Assembly: GCA_963733295.1 (NCBI GenBank)
Contig: CAVTCS010000003.1
Coordinates: 320,001-384,000 of the forward strand
Length of the DNA: 64,000 nt
Reading direction: 5' to 3'
From: Vulcanimicrobiota bacterium
GTDB taxonomy: Bacteria; Vulcanimicrobiota; Vulcanimicrobiia; Vulcanimicrobiales; Vulcanimicrobiaceae
Of the stretch, positions 38,257 to 48,918 are shown one piece after another. Below the pieces are notes generated by a model that saw only the letters and a program-made list of their open reading frames with translations, made no database searches and was not told the origin of the DNA. Made by a program: the position numbers and the translations under genes. Positions within the stretch are counted from its first letter, which is position 1, and every line of letters begins with the position of its first letter.

Positions 38257-39683
38257 AGCTCGCGCTCGCGACGGCTCTTTTACTCTCCGCGATCGCGTCG
38301 TGCGTTCCGAACACGCCGACGCAGCCGCCCGACTCGCACTTGCCCGCGACCTATCGCGGAACCGAGGGTGAAACGACGGTCTCGCTCGCAGCTTCGCCCT
38401 GGAAAAAAATCTACGGCGATCCGGTGTTGCAGAGCTTGATCGAACAAGCGCTCGAGAAGAACTACACCGTACAGCAAGCCTACGCCGCCGTGCTGGCCGC
38501 CAAGGCGAATCTCGACATTGTTGCCGGCAACCAGCAACCGCAGGCCGGCGCGACGGTGCAGGCCCCGTACCAAGCGAACGCGGGACAAATCTCGCGCATC
38601 ACCCCGACGAGCGAGTTCGGTCCCGCGGCGTCGATCAGTGCGAGCTATCAGATCGATCTCTTCGGTAAGTTGGCATCGGCGACGTCGGGCGCACGCGCGC
38701 AGCTCTTCGCGACGCAAGAGGCCCGAAACGTCGTGCTGATTACGCTCGTGAGTCAGGTCGCGTCGGCGTACTTTCAGCTGCTCGAGCTCGACGCGCTGCA
38801 AACCATTACGAACAAAACGGTGGTCGCCCGCAAAGAGAACGTCCGGCTTACGGCCTTGCGGGTCGACTACGGTCAAGTCTCGCTCCAGGATCTGCGTCAG
38901 GCGCAGCAGGCTCTTTACGAAACGACCGAGCAGCTTCCGCTCATCGCTCAGAGCATCGCGCAGACGGAAGACGCGCTCTCGGTCTTGACCGGCGACTATC
39001 CCCATTCGATCGCGCGCGGCTTATCGCTCGAAGATCAGATCGCGATGCCGGAGTTTCCGCCCACGGGAGTTCCGAGCGAACTGCTTTTCCGGCGACCCGA
39101 CATCGAGCAAGCCGAGTATACCCTCGCCGCCGCCGACGCGAACCTCGACGTCGCACGCAAGGAGCTCTACCCGTCACTAAGCCTGGGCGCGACGGTCGCA
39201 GTCTCCGGCCAAGTCGTCAACGGCATAAACCTCCCGCCCGTCTTGGCTCCGGTCGCCAATATCAACAACGTCTTCTACGGACCGACGGGCCTCTTCGCGC
39301 TCTTGCCGCAGTTGACGCAGACGATCTTTTCGGGAGGCAGGCTTCAAGCGAACGTCCGGCTGACGCAAGCGCAACAGCAGCAGGAGGCGCTATCCTATCT
39401 CCAAACGATGTTGAGCGCATTTCAGGAAGTAGCCGACGACGTCGCCGCGTACGACCAGCAGCGCGCGTATCGCGTCCAAGTCGGTCTGTACGAAGCAGCC
39501 TCGACCGATTCGTTGCGCTTAGCGAACGAACGCTACGACGCCGGACAAACTTCCTACCTCGAAGTTCTCAACGCGGAGACGCGGAGCTACCAAGCCGACA
39601 CGAGTCTCGAACAGGCTAAACTGAGCGAGCGTCTCGCGCTCGTGCAGCTCTATCTGGCGCTGGGCGGCGGCTGGCAGAGTTAA
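38253..39683 (+). CDS. RND outer-membrane factor lipoprotein (NodT/OprM-like)
   Basis: IASC lipobox, [20 protein letters not shown]. Confidence 0.93.
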   Translation: MKLALATALLLSAIASCVPNTPTQPPDSHLPATYRGTEGETTVSLAASPWKKIYGDPVLQSLIEQALEKNYTVQQAYAAVLAAKANLDIVAGNQQPQAGATVQAPYQANAGQISRITPTSEFGPAASISASYQIDLFGKLASATSGARAQLFATQEARNVVLITLVSQVASAYFQLLELDALQTITNKTVVARKENVRLTALRVDYGQVSLQDLRQAQQALYETTEQLPLIAQSIAQTEDALSVLTGDYPHSIARGLSLEDQIAMPEFPPTGVPSELLFRRPDIEQAEYTLAAADANLDVARKELYPSLSLGATVAVSGQVVNGINLPPVLAPVANINNVFYGPTGLFALLPQLTQTIFSGGRLQANVRLTQAQQQQEALSYLQTMLSAFQEVADDVAAYDQQRAYRVQVGLYEAASTDSLRLANERYDAGQTSYLEVLNAETRSYQADTSLEQAKLSERLALVQLYLALGGGWQS

Positions 39684-39696
39684 AGCGCGGGACGTC

Positions 39697-40941
39697 TTAG
39701 ACGGTTTGGGTCGCCGCCATCGAAGCGAAATCGAAGTGCTGGAACCCGGCGTTGCCGTCGTTTTGACCGATCGCATACGTGCGCGCGATGTCCGCACTGT
39801 TGTCGAATCCGAGCAGCTTCGCCGGCAGAACCGATTTGGGCCGTAACAGATAGAACTGCGTGTCGTACAACGCGGCCCGCAGACCCGTCAGCTGATCGAC
39901 GGTGATGCCGGCGAGATTCGCAAGCTTCGCGACGAATTCGGGCGTCAGCTGGTTCAGAGCCTGGAGCAAGAGCGACTGAAGGTAGGCGACGCGAAGCGTT
40001 TCTTCGATGAGTCGACGTTGCATCGTGTCGAAGGCGGCCATCGAAATCTCGACGGCGTTGTCGTACGTTTCGCTGTGGAAGGCCGGATTCAGCACGATCG
40101 CATCGACCCTGAGGGCGAGGGCGCGAGCGATGTTGACCGGCGTGTTAGCCGTGACCCCACCGTCGACGTACGCGCATGGCTTCCCGTCCGGACCCGGTAA
40201 CATAACCGGGTCGAACGCGAGGGGCACCGCGGCCGACGCGCGCAATTGATCGACGAGCAGCGCGCGGGTCGCCGGTCGAACGGGGACGTCCCGGCCCACC
40301 GCCAGGTGGATTGACGTGAGAGCGAGCTGCAGCTTCTCCGGGCTGGTGCCGTCGGGTGCGAGATAGAAATACTCGGGGATCTGCAGCGTAAGATTGGTGA
40401 CGGCCCAGAGCATGGGCGTGGCGACGGGTACGCTGAAGTCCAAGTAAGCGAGGAGGAAGCTGCGCAGGTGGTCCCCGTCGAGGATGCCCTTTTCGTTCTT
40501 GAAGAGGCCGGTGCCGAGACTCAGCGCCTCGAGTGCCCTGTTGCTGAGCCCGCTCGATGGGTTCGTGATCTTCGCGAACTGCGGTTTGAGCCGAATGACG
40601 TTCTCTCTGGCGATCGTCGACCAGAGATCGCGCAGCTTCGCGTACTGTCCCGTGGCCACGAGGTACGCATTGAAGGCGCCGATCGAGGTTCCCGCAATCA
40701 ACTCGTACGGCCCGAGCTGTCGCCCTTCGACAGTTCCGTAGCGTGCCACGAGCGCCTCGACGACGCCCGCTTCATACGCTCCGAGCGCTCCTCCGCCGCT
40801 TAAGACCAACGCTTGCTTCAGCGCGCGAACGGGTGGTCCCGGCGCCGGAGCCTGGGCCAGGGCCGGACGCGCGGCGAGCGCCGTCTGCAGGGCGGCTCCC
40901 AGGATTGCAAACTCCGCGCGAGTTATCCCACGTTCGGACAT
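39697..40941 (-). CDS. Exported patatin-like phospholipase
   Basis: LSGGGALG, GTSIG (GxSxG), YVDGG; N-terminal signal TRAEF...ALA-Q. Confidence 0.88.
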   Translation of the reverse strand: MSERGITRAEFAILGAALQTALAARPALAQAPAPGPPVRALKQALVLSGGGALGAYEAGVVEALVARYGTVEGRQLGPYELIAGTSIGAFNAYLVATGQYAKLRDLWSTIARENVIRLKPQFAKITNPSSGLSNRALEALSLGTGLFKNEKGILDGDHLRSFLLAYLDFSVPVATPMLWAVTNLTLQIPEYFYLAPDGTSPEKLQLALTSIHLAVGRDVPVRPATRALLVDQLRASAAVPLAFDPVMLPGPDGKPCAYVDGGVTANTPVNIARALALRVDAIVLNPAFHSETYDNAVEISMAAFDTMQRRLIEETLRVAYLQSLLLQALNQLTPEFVAKLANLAGITVDQLTGLRAALYDTQFYLLRPKSVLPAKLLGFDNSADIARTYAIGQNDGNAGFQHFDFASMAATQTV

Positions 40942-41053
40942 GATTTCGTTGCCTTCTCCTCGCGAGAACGCGTCGACCTTGCCGGGATGCTCGCAAGCGC
41001 GCTGGTCCTTGCAATTCTCGGATAGCCTTGACCACCTTTTTCGGCTACACTGC

Positions 41054-41085
41054 GCTGTAGCACTTCTTAGCTGTAGCACTTCTTA
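41054..41085. repeat. Perfect 16-bp tandem direct repeat
   Basis: GCTGTAGCACTTCTTA twice, between divergent genes. Confidence 0.9.
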
Positions 41086-41097
41086 GGAGATAAGCCG

Positions 41098-41940
41098 TTG
41101 CCGCCGACCTTTCGCCGGACGCTGAAAACACTCGTTTGCGCATCGACCCTCGCCGTGTTTGCGCTGCACGGAACTCCGGCGCGAGCCGACGACAATCCGT
41201 ACGACGGGAAACTAAATTTCACGCTCACCCCGTACGTTTGGGGTCCGACGATCAACGCAACGTTCGGTTACGATGTAGGTGACCTCCACCAGAACCTACC
41301 GAACCCGCCTGCGGGGACGATCCAGACGCAAATCGGACCGAATTCGTACTTAACGCACCTGACCTTCGCGCTGATGGCGGCCGCCTCGGTGCGCAAGGGC
41401 AACTTGGCGCTCTACACCGATTTCATCAACGTGAATGCGGGTAACCAAGCGACGAGCGCGTTCACTCTGGTGGGTCCCCTCGGCAACCCTCACACGTTCA
41501 CCGGCAACGTCAATGCTCACGCCTTTGCAACGCTCTGGACGGTCGGTCCGAGTTATACGGTCTTCAACCAGCAGGGAACGACGGTCGACGTACTCGCGGG
41601 TGGACGGTTTGCGTGGGTCAAGACGTCGTTCGACTACCAACTCACGGGGCCGAACGGGATCTTTAATCCGAGCGGCAGTGCCTCGAAGACCGGTACGCTG
41701 TCTGACGTGCTTATCGGGACATACGGGAAAATCGGGCTTGGCTCGCACTGGTCGATCCCGTTCTACTGGGACCTCGGCACAGGCACGCCGGCCTTCACCA
41801 CGGAACTCGTTGGCGGCATCAAGTACGGTCAACTCTCGCTGTTGTGGCGGTACCTCGATTACTCCAACGCCAGCAGCGGCAAACTCGTACAAAGTATGAA
41901 CCTGAACGGCCCGATGATCGGGTACACGTTCCGCTTCTGA
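41098..41940 (+). CDS. Probable outer-membrane beta-barrel protein
   Basis: Signal peptide, FTLTPYVW, amphipathic strands, terminal GYTFRF. Confidence 0.72.
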   Translation: MPPTFRRTLKTLVCASTLAVFALHGTPARADDNPYDGKLNFTLTPYVWGPTINATFGYDVGDLHQNLPNPPAGTIQTQIGPNSYLTHLTFALMAAASVRKGNLALYTDFINVNAGNQATSAFTLVGPLGNPHTFTGNVNAHAFATLWTVGPSYTVFNQQGTTVDVLAGGRFAWVKTSFDYQLTGPNGIFNPSGSASKTGTLSDVLIGTYGKIGLGSHWSIPFYWDLGTGTPAFTTELVGGIKYGQLSLLWRYLDYSNASSGKLVQSMNLNGPMIGYTFRF

Positions 41941-41999
41941 CGAGTAGCGCACGAGTCGGATGAACTCGTACAACACCGAAACGAAAGAGGTCAGTTAGA

Positions 42000-42680
42000 G
42001 TGAAGCGTTTAGTTTTCGCACTTCTTTGTGGATTCGCAATCTCTGCGCTATCGAGCGCTCCCGCATTCGCGAGCCCGCCGAATATCACGGGCAATTGGAC
42101 TATCGAGCAGACCGGCCTGAACGGCACATCAACGAGCAAAGTAACTCTGACACAGTCGGGAATGGGCATCGTCGGCACCAACGCTGCCAACGGCAACGGG
42201 TTCACCGGAACCTTCGTCGACGACTCGAAAATCAACGGGAAGTGGCACGGTCCGAGTGGAGCGGGCTGGCTGACCGTCTACGTCAGCCCTAACGGTCATA
42301 GCTTCAACGGCACGTGGGGGTACAACGGAAGGTCGGCCAACGGGAGTTTCACCGGCAACAAGTACTTGCCGCCGGGTCCAATCAGCGCTGCCGGAACTTG
42401 GAACGTCGTCGCCGCGGGCGGCCCGGCGTCCTTCGTCGGACCGATGACTTGCACGGAATCCGGAGTGGTTTCCGTCTGTAAGATTCACGGCGTCGTCATC
42501 AACGGCAAGTTCCGGACCAAGGACAAGATCAGAGCGACCTGGAGCGGTCCGCACGGGACCGGCTGGTTCTCGTACTGGTTCAACGGCGACAACAACAGCT
42601 TCAACGGTGTTTGGGGCTACGGACCGGATACGTCACCCGCGGCCGGCCGCGTCGTCGGTCAGCGCTCACTGGGCGGTTAA
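42000..42680 (+). CDS. Secreted protein with two homologous beta domains
   Basis: Signal peptide; duplicated G.W...W.GP.G.GW...SFNG.WGY. Confidence 0.75.
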   Translation: MKRLVFALLCGFAISALSSAPAFASPPNITGNWTIEQTGLNGTSTSKVTLTQSGMGIVGTNAANGNGFTGTFVDDSKINGKWHGPSGAGWLTVYVSPNGHSFNGTWGYNGRSANGSFTGNKYLPPGPISAAGTWNVVAAGGPASFVGPMTCTESGVVSVCKIHGVVINGKFRTKDKIRATWSGPHGTGWFSYWFNGDNNSFNGVWGYGPDTSPAAGRVVGQRSLGG

Positions 42681-42697
42681 GTTAAGGGCCGAAAGGC

Positions 42698-42731
42698 AAA
42701 AGGGGACGCTCGAATTTCGAGCGTCCCCTTT
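42698..42731. terminator. Bidirectional intrinsic terminator
   Basis: AAAGGGGACGCTCGA/TCGAGCGTCCCCTTT between convergent genes. Confidence 0.85.
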
Positions 42732-42751
42732 CTCCATGCGGCGAGATCCGG

Positions 42752-43771
42752 TCATTTCTCCGCCGGGCGTTCGAGGTGTCCGCCGAATTCATAACGCATC
42801 GCCGAGAGCAGCTTGTTCTGGAATTCGGCTTCGCCGCGTGAGCTGAAACGCTCGAAGAGCGCGGCGCTCAGAACGGGCACCGGCTCGGCTTCGTCGATCG
42901 CCGCTTTGATCGTCCAACGTCCCTCGCCCGAGTCGGAGACGCGGCCGCCGAACTTCGAGAGCTGCGGATCTTCGATTAGGGCCGCGGCGGTCAAGTCGAG
43001 CAACCAGGACGCGATGACGCTGCCGCGCCGCCATACTTCGGTGATGTCCGGGAGATCGAGGTCGTACTGGTAGAGCTCGGGATCGCGCAGCGGCGTCGTT
43101 TCTGCGTCGGCGACCTGCGTCCGCTTACCAATGTTCGCGCTCTTGAGGACGCCGAGACCCTCGGCGTACGCGGCCATCAGCCCGTACTCGATCCCGTTAT
43201 GGACCATCTTCACGAAGTGTCCCGCACCGTTCGGTCCGCAGTGAAGGTAGCCGTCTTCGGCCGTACCGCGGCCCACTGGCCGCCCGGGAGTACGCTCGAT
43301 GTTTCCCGGTCCCGGCGCGAGCGTTTTGAAGATCGGATCCAGGCGCTCGACGCAGGCGTCCGGGCCACCGATCATCATGCAATACCCGCGCTCGAGTCCC
43401 CACACGCCGCCGCTCGTCCCGACGTCGACGTACTCGATGTTCTTCGCTTTGAGTTCCCGTGCGCGCCGGATGTCGTCGATGTAGTACGAGTTCCCGCCGT
43501 CGATCAAGGTATCGCCCCCCTCGAGCAGCGGGACGAGCTTGGCGATCGTCGAGTCGACGGCCGCGGCCGGAATCATCAGCCAGATCGCGCGCGGGCGCTC
43601 GAGCTTGCTCACGAAATCGGCCAGCGAGGTCGAACCGGTCGCGCCTTCGCCGGTCAAATCTTTGACCGCATCCGGACTATGATCGGACACGATGCAATGG
43701 TGGCCGGCGCGCACCAAACGGCGCACCATGTTGGCGCCCATGCGCCCGAGTCCGATCATCCCGAGTTGCAT
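42752..43771 (-). CDS. gnd: 6-phosphogluconate dehydrogenase (decarboxylating, short form)
   Basis: [50 protein letters not shown]. Confidence 0.95.
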   Translation of the reverse strand: MQLGMIGLGRMGANMVRRLVRAGHHCIVSDHSPDAVKDLTGEGATGSTSLADFVSKLERPRAIWLMIPAAAVDSTIAKLVPLLEGGDTLIDGGNSYYIDDIRRARELKAKNIEYVDVGTSGGVWGLERGYCMMIGGPDACVERLDPIFKTLAPGPGNIERTPGRPVGRGTAEDGYLHCGPNGAGHFVKMVHNGIEYGLMAAYAEGLGVLKSANIGKRTQVADAETTPLRDPELYQYDLDLPDITEVWRRGSVIASWLLDLTAAALIEDPQLSKFGGRVSDSGEGRWTIKAAIDEAEPVPVLSAALFERFSSRGEAEFQNKLLSAMRYEFGGHLERPAEK

Positions 43772-45414
43772 TAGATCAGTCCCTTTAGCTTGCGATAGCG
43801 GCGAATCAGCGCGTTCGTCGAGCTGTCGTGATGGAGTTGCGGTGCCGCAGAACTCTCGAGCTCGGGAATGATGCGCTTCGCCAGCACTTTGCCGAGTTCG
43901 ACGCCCCATTGATCGAAGGAATCGATGTCCCACAGCGTGCCTTGCGTGAACACGTTGTGCTCGTAGAGTGCGACGAGCTTGCCGAGCGCCGCGGGCGTGA
44001 GCTTTTGAAGCAGCAGCGTGTTCGAGGGCCGGTTCCCTTCGAACGTCCGATGCGGCACGAGCCAATCGGGCGAACCCTCGGCTTTGACTTCGGCCGGCGT
44101 CTTGCCGAACGCGAGGGCCTCGCCCTGCGCGAAGACGTTGGCGATCAGGATGTCGTGATGCTCGCCTAGCGGGTTCAACGCCTCGACGAAGGCGATGAAG
44201 TCGAGCGGTATCAGCCGCGTTCCTTGATGGATCAGCTGGTAGAAGGAGTGCTGACCGTTCGTCCCAGGTTCGCCCCAATAGACGGGGCCGGTCTTATGCG
44301 TGACGGGCTTCCCCTCGAGCGTCACGTGCTTCCCGTTGCTTTCCATCGTGAGCTGCTGCAGATAGGCCGGAAAGCGTTTAAGGTACTGCTCGTAGGGCAT
44401 CACCCCGACGGTCTCGGCGCCGAAGAAGTCGTTGTACCAGACCGAAAGCAGGCCCATGAGTACCGGCAGGTTTCGTTCGAACGGCGTCGTGCGGAAGTGT
44501 TCGTCGATCTCGTGAAAGCCGGCCAGCATCTGGCGGAAATTCTCCGGTCCGATCGCGATCATCGTGGACAAGCCGATCGCGGAATCCATCGAGTAGCGGC
44601 CGCCGACCCAATCCCAGAACTCGAACATGTTGGCGGTGTCGATTCCGAATTTGGCGACCCCTTCGGCGTTCGTAGAAACGGCGACGAAGTGTTTGGCGAC
44701 GGCCGACTCGTCGCCGCCGAGTCCGGCGAGCGTCCAGGCGCGTGCCGAGGCGGCATTGGTCATCGTCTCGAGCGTCGTGAACGTTTTCGACGAGATGATG
44801 AAAAGCGTCTCGTCCGCATTGAGGTCGCGCACCGCCTCGGCGAAGTCGGTTCCGTCGACGTTCGAAACAAAACGAAAGGTTAGATCGCGTTGCGAGTAGG
44901 CCCGCAGCGCCTCGTACGCCATGACGGGGCCGAGGTCCGAACCGCCTATCCCGATGTTGATCACGTTCCTGATGCGCTTTCCGGTGTGGCCCTTCCACTC
45001 ACCGCTCCGGACGCGATCGCTGAAAGCCGCCATCTTGTCGAGAACGGCGTGGACCTCGGGGACGACGTTGCTCCCGTCGAGCATGATCGTCGCACCCCTC
45101 GGCGCGCGCAGTGCGACGTGGAGTACCGCCCGCCTTTCGGACACGTTGATCTTTTCGCCGGCGAACATCGCGTCGATGTGCGCGCGAAGACCCGACGCTT
45201 CGGCCAGCTTCAGCAGCAAGCTCATCGTCTCGGCGGTGATGCGGTTTTTCGAGTAGTCGAGGTAGAGCCCGGCCGCTTCGGCCGTGAAGCGCGTGCCGCG
45301 CTCGGGATCCTCGGCGAAGAGCTCGCGCAAGTGCTTGTCGCGGATTTGCTCGTAGTGCGTTTCGAGTGCGTTCCAGGCCGAAGTTACCGCCGGAGTGCCG
45401 GTTGCCGTCGTCAC
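43771..45414 (-). CDS. pgi: Glucose-6-phosphate isomerase
   Basis: [38 protein letters not shown]. Confidence 0.97.
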   Translation of the reverse strand: MTTATGTPAVTSAWNALETHYEQIRDKHLRELFAEDPERGTRFTAEAAGLYLDYSKNRITAETMSLLLKLAEASGLRAHIDAMFAGEKINVSERRAVLHVALRAPRGATIMLDGSNVVPEVHAVLDKMAAFSDRVRSGEWKGHTGKRIRNVINIGIGGSDLGPVMAYEALRAYSQRDLTFRFVSNVDGTDFAEAVRDLNADETLFIISSKTFTTLETMTNAASARAWTLAGLGGDESAVAKHFVAVSTNAEGVAKFGIDTANMFEFWDWVGGRYSMDSAIGLSTMIAIGPENFRQMLAGFHEIDEHFRTTPFERNLPVLMGLLSVWYNDFFGAETVGVMPYEQYLKRFPAYLQQLTMESNGKHVTLEGKPVTHKTGPVYWGEPGTNGQHSFYQLIHQGTRLIPLDFIAFVEALNPLGEHHDILIANVFAQGEALAFGKTPAEVKAEGSPDWLVPHRTFEGNRPSNTLLLQKLTPAALGKLVALYEHNVFTQGTLWDIDSFDQWGVELGKVLAKRIIPELESSAAPQLHHDSSTNALIRRYRKLKGLI

Positions 45415-45438
45415 GTGGGTCCTCCCTCTCTTGCCGGT

Positions 45439-46521
45439 CTAAGCTTTCTGAAGAGCGTCGCTCTTGGTCGCGATGACCTTGAGCAGGGCGTTCCAAGACT
45501 TTACGAACGCATCGGCGCCGTCGCTTTGGAGCTTTGCCGCAAGAGCTACGACGTCGATGCCGGCGTGCGCGAACTCGTTGATCATGAGCTCCGCGTCGCC
45601 GCCGTCCGAGGGTAAGATCCCGCCGATCTCGCCATGGTCGCTGAGTGCCTTGAGCGTTGCGTCCGGCATCGTGTCGATCGTGAACGGCGCGGCCAGCGCC
45701 TTGGGGTAGAGCACGTCCGAGGCCTGAGGATCCTTCGTTCCGGTGCTCGCCCAGAGCAGGCGCTGCGCGCGAGCTCCGGCGTTGGCCGCGCGCAACCAGC
45801 GCGGAGAGTCGAGCAATTCGCGGTAGGCTTTGTACGCGCGCTTCGCGATCGCGATGCCGAGGTGCGCGCGCAAACCTTCAGGGACCTTGTCCTGCACCGC
45901 AACATCCCACCGGCTCACGAAGATCGACGCGACCGAATCGACCGCGGGGTTAAGACCGGCCGCGATGCGGCGTTCGACGCCGCGCAGGTAAGCTTCCGCC
46001 GCAGCGACGTACTGTTCGCGCGAAAACAGCAAGGTGACGTTGATCGGAACGCCGGCAAAGATCGCCTCTTCGATCGCCGTGAGACCTTCCTTCGTTCCGG
46101 GAATCTTGATGAACAGGTTCGGCCGCCCGGCGCGCTTGTGCAGAGCCTGCGCCTCTTTCAGCGTGCTCTGAGCGTCGTAAGCCAACACCGGCGAAACCTC
46201 GAGCGAGACCCAACCATCCACGCCGTCGGTGCGATCGTGAATCGGACGGAAAAGGTCGGCCGCCTTGCTGAGATCCTCCAGCGCGAGTTCGAAGAACAGC
46301 TGCTCGCCTTCGATCCCTCGGTCGAGCATGCGGTTCGCGGACTCGTCGTACGCGGTGCTGTTGCTCAGCGCGTGTTCGAAAATCGTCGGATTCGAGGTCA
46401 AGCCCGTCACCGAGAGTTCGTCGATATAGCTCTGCAAGGTGCCGTTCGACAGGATGTCGCGCGTAATGTTGTCGAGCCAGATGCTCTGTCCGAGATCGTG
46501 AAGGGCTTGGGTTGCTTTCAT
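45439..46521 (-). CDS. tal: Transaldolase
   Basis: SIWLD, GLTSNPTIF, IKIPGT, NVTLLFS, FVSRWD, RLLWASTGTK. Confidence 0.95.
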   Translation of the reverse strand: MKATQALHDLGQSIWLDNITRDILSNGTLQSYIDELSVTGLTSNPTIFEHALSNSTAYDESANRMLDRGIEGEQLFFELALEDLSKAADLFRPIHDRTDGVDGWVSLEVSPVLAYDAQSTLKEAQALHKRAGRPNLFIKIPGTKEGLTAIEEAIFAGVPINVTLLFSREQYVAAAEAYLRGVERRIAAGLNPAVDSVASIFVSRWDVAVQDKVPEGLRAHLGIAIAKRAYKAYRELLDSPRWLRAANAGARAQRLLWASTGTKDPQASDVLYPKALAAPFTIDTMPDATLKALSDHGEIGGILPSDGGDAELMINEFAHAGIDVVALAAKLQSDGADAFVKSWNALLKVIATKSDALQKA

Positions 46522-46765
46522 TGCGATACTTTCATTGAAGCTCTGCAAGGACGTGGGTCCTGCAAGTGGATCGTTACCCCCTATCGAGCCGATCCACTGC
46601 CGCCCGGCGCCTCAGCAGTATAGGGATCCTAGCATTAAGCTGGGCTAATCCCTCCGGCGCACGTCGCCGCAGGGGTGGCCCGGACGCGCTTGACGGCGAG
46701 CCCCAGCTCCGGATCGGGCCGGCCGAGGTGCGGGGCGCCCCGAATCGCGCAAGGAAGGACGCGGG

Positions 46766-47743
46766 GTGCGACGTTCGGAGTTTACTGCGCTCGCCGCTGC
46801 ATCGTTGGCGGCGGCTGCGCTAGGAGGGTGCGGCGTGCCGCCGGGTGTCGACAGCGCGGCGCTGCCGGTGCTCGGTCCGGCGCCGTCCTTCGACGCAGCG
46901 GTGCGCGGAATTCGTGCGGTCATCGCACGCGACGACGCCGACGAAACGCTCGAGAAGGCGGCGCTGCCGCGGCTCTACGAACACGGCGCGCCGGTCGAAA
47001 ACACGGTCGTTCTCTTCCACGGCTTCACGAACTGCCCGCAGCAGTTCGATGAACTCGCGCGCGACTTTTACGCGCGCGGTTGCAACGTTTACGTGCCGCT
47101 GATTCCACGCCACGGCAAGAAGGATCGTTTGACGCGCGATCTCGCCAACCTCACCGTCGGCGAGCTGCAGCAGAGCGCACAGGAGGCGTATCAGTTCGCG
47201 CGCGGCCTCGGCAGGCGCGTGACGGCTCTGGGCCTGTCGCTGGGCGGCACGATGGCGATGTGGCTCGCGCAGACTCAAGCGGTGGATCTCGCCGTTCCGG
47301 TCTCGCCCTTTCTGATGCCGATCGGGTTTCCGCGCGCGATCGGGATGCCCGCGATGGATTTCCTCGACGTCCTCCCGGACCAATATTGGTGGTGGGATCC
47401 GCGCCTGAAAGAGAACACTTTGCCGCTGTACGCCTACCCTGGTTTCCCGACGCACGCACTCGCCCAAATCGTGTTCCTCGGCGGCGTCGTTTTTCAAGAC
47501 GCCGCGAAGGCGAAGCCGCTCTTTCGCAACATGACGCTGGTCACCAACAAGCACGATCCCGCGGTCAACAACAACGTGGCGCGACGGTTGGTCGAGACTT
47601 GGGTTAGCGACGACGCGACGACGACCGAGGTGGTGCTGAGCGGGCTCGGTCCGCCGCGGCACGACATCATCGATCCGACCACGTTTCCCCAGGCTCGCAA
47701 ACTCGTCTATCCCCGGCTCGAAGCGATCGTTTTCGCGCGCTAA
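46766..47743 (+). CDS. Alpha/beta hydrolase, Tat lipoprotein
   Basis: MRRSEF plus LGGC; FHGFTNCP; GLSLG nucleophile elbow; HDII. Confidence 0.85.
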   Translation: MRRSEFTALAAASLAAAALGGCGVPPGVDSAALPVLGPAPSFDAAVRGIRAVIARDDADETLEKAALPRLYEHGAPVENTVVLFHGFTNCPQQFDELARDFYARGCNVYVPLIPRHGKKDRLTRDLANLTVGELQQSAQEAYQFARGLGRRVTALGLSLGGTMAMWLAQTQAVDLAVPVSPFLMPIGFPRAIGMPAMDFLDVLPDQYWWWDPRLKENTLPLYAYPGFPTHALAQIVFLGGVVFQDAAKAKPLFRNMTLVTNKHDPAVNNNVARRLVETWVSDDATTTEVVLSGLGPPRHDIIDPTTFPQARKLVYPRLEAIVFAR

Positions 47744-47770
47744 AATTCGCCCGATGCAGACGATCCGACA

Positions 47771-48637
47771 TTAGCCGGGATGCGAACTTCCGGGCCGTTC
47801 TCGTGCGAAGCGGCTGTGCGACGGGGGCCGGCCGAACATCAGGCGGTAGTCGGTCGAAAAGTGGCCCATGTGGCGGAATCCGTAGCGCGGCGCGAGCTCG
47901 GAAATCTTGAGCGCGCCGTCGCCCGCGCTGAGCAGGCGATGGATTGCGTTGAGACGCTGGAGTTTGAAGTACGCCATCGGTCCGATTCCAAAGACTTGAG
48001 TGAAGGCGTAGATCAAGGTGCGCGCGCTGCATCCGAGTTCCGCGCCGAGCGAATCCAAGTGCGGCACTTCGCCGAAGTGCTTCGCCATGAAGTCTTCGGC
48101 CTCGAGGACGAGCTGATAGCGTCGCACTACGGCGACGCGCTGCGCGAGACGCTCCGCGCCGGCGAGGACGCCGTCGAGCGCTCCGCGTAAATCCGCGCTC
48201 CCCTGACGGGCCGCGCGGCGCAAGCGGACCGTCGCAGCCTCATCGCTGACGAAGAACTCGCCGCGGTCGCTTGCGAGCGCCGCGCGCAAACCCTCCGCGA
48301 ATGACTGCCGATTTGCGGGGAACTCGATCCAGACGACGCAAGCAGGCGAGAGCGAGAACGCGTCGATTCCGCCCGTTCCGGCGAGCGCGAAGGCCGAAGC
48401 CGGCCAGGGCCGTCCGTGGGAGGTCAACGCGGCTTGGCCTTCGGTGAGGGCAAGGACGGCGCTGCCCGGCGCAACGTTCGCGCGAAACTGAAAGCCGGCG
48501 CTGAAGAGCGAGCGGTGAAGGCTCATTCCAGCGAAGTCGATGCACGTCGCCTCGACGCGCAGACGATCGCGCGTCGTTTGACTGACTTCGCTGAAATCGG
48601 GAAATGTCGTGGCAAAACGACGCGTTCGACGGTACAC
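47771..48637 (-). CDS. AraC-family regulator (EutR-like)
   Basis: GCSARTLIYAF..FG.GP..Y...RL; ISELA..YGF.HMGHFS.DY...FG..PS. Confidence 0.88.
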   Translation of the reverse strand: MYRRTRRFATTFPDFSEVSQTTRDRLRVEATCIDFAGMSLHRSLFSAGFQFRANVAPGSAVLALTEGQAALTSHGRPWPASAFALAGTGGIDAFSLSPACVVWIEFPANRQSFAEGLRAALASDRGEFFVSDEAATVRLRRAARQGSADLRGALDGVLAGAERLAQRVAVVRRYQLVLEAEDFMAKHFGEVPHLDSLGAELGCSARTLIYAFTQVFGIGPMAYFKLQRLNAIHRLLSAGDGALKISELAPRYGFRHMGHFSTDYRLMFGRPPSHSRFARERPGSSHPG

Positions 48638-48918
48638 GACTCCACGGTAGCGCCGAACGGCGGCGCTCGCTATCCGGAAATCGAATGCCCTCCCCCGGCC
48701 CGTCTTGCCTTAACCGGATAGCCAAACGGTATCGTTCCGCGCTATGCTATCCAAGGCAGCGGTCTCCGGGACGTAGTACTTTCCGGAGGGACGCGGGGCT
48801 TGGTTGAGCCGATCGAACGCCCGAGCTACACCTCAATATCCCCGCTGTCCGGACATCGAAGTTCCACTCATAATGGAGGCTTAGTAACATCGCAATCACT
48901 TCAGCTCGAAAGAAATCC

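Noticed and set aside
42752..44278. 508-aa ORF suggesting an N-terminally extended gnd
   Set aside because: The extension overlaps pgi in another frame; gnd starts at 43771 with a TAATG overlap.
46565..46598. GGGTAA upstream of tal as another SigB-like promoter
   Set aside because: No matching -35 at 16-17 nt. Only a 9-bp inverted repeat (AGTGGATCG/CGATCCACT) of unknown meaning.
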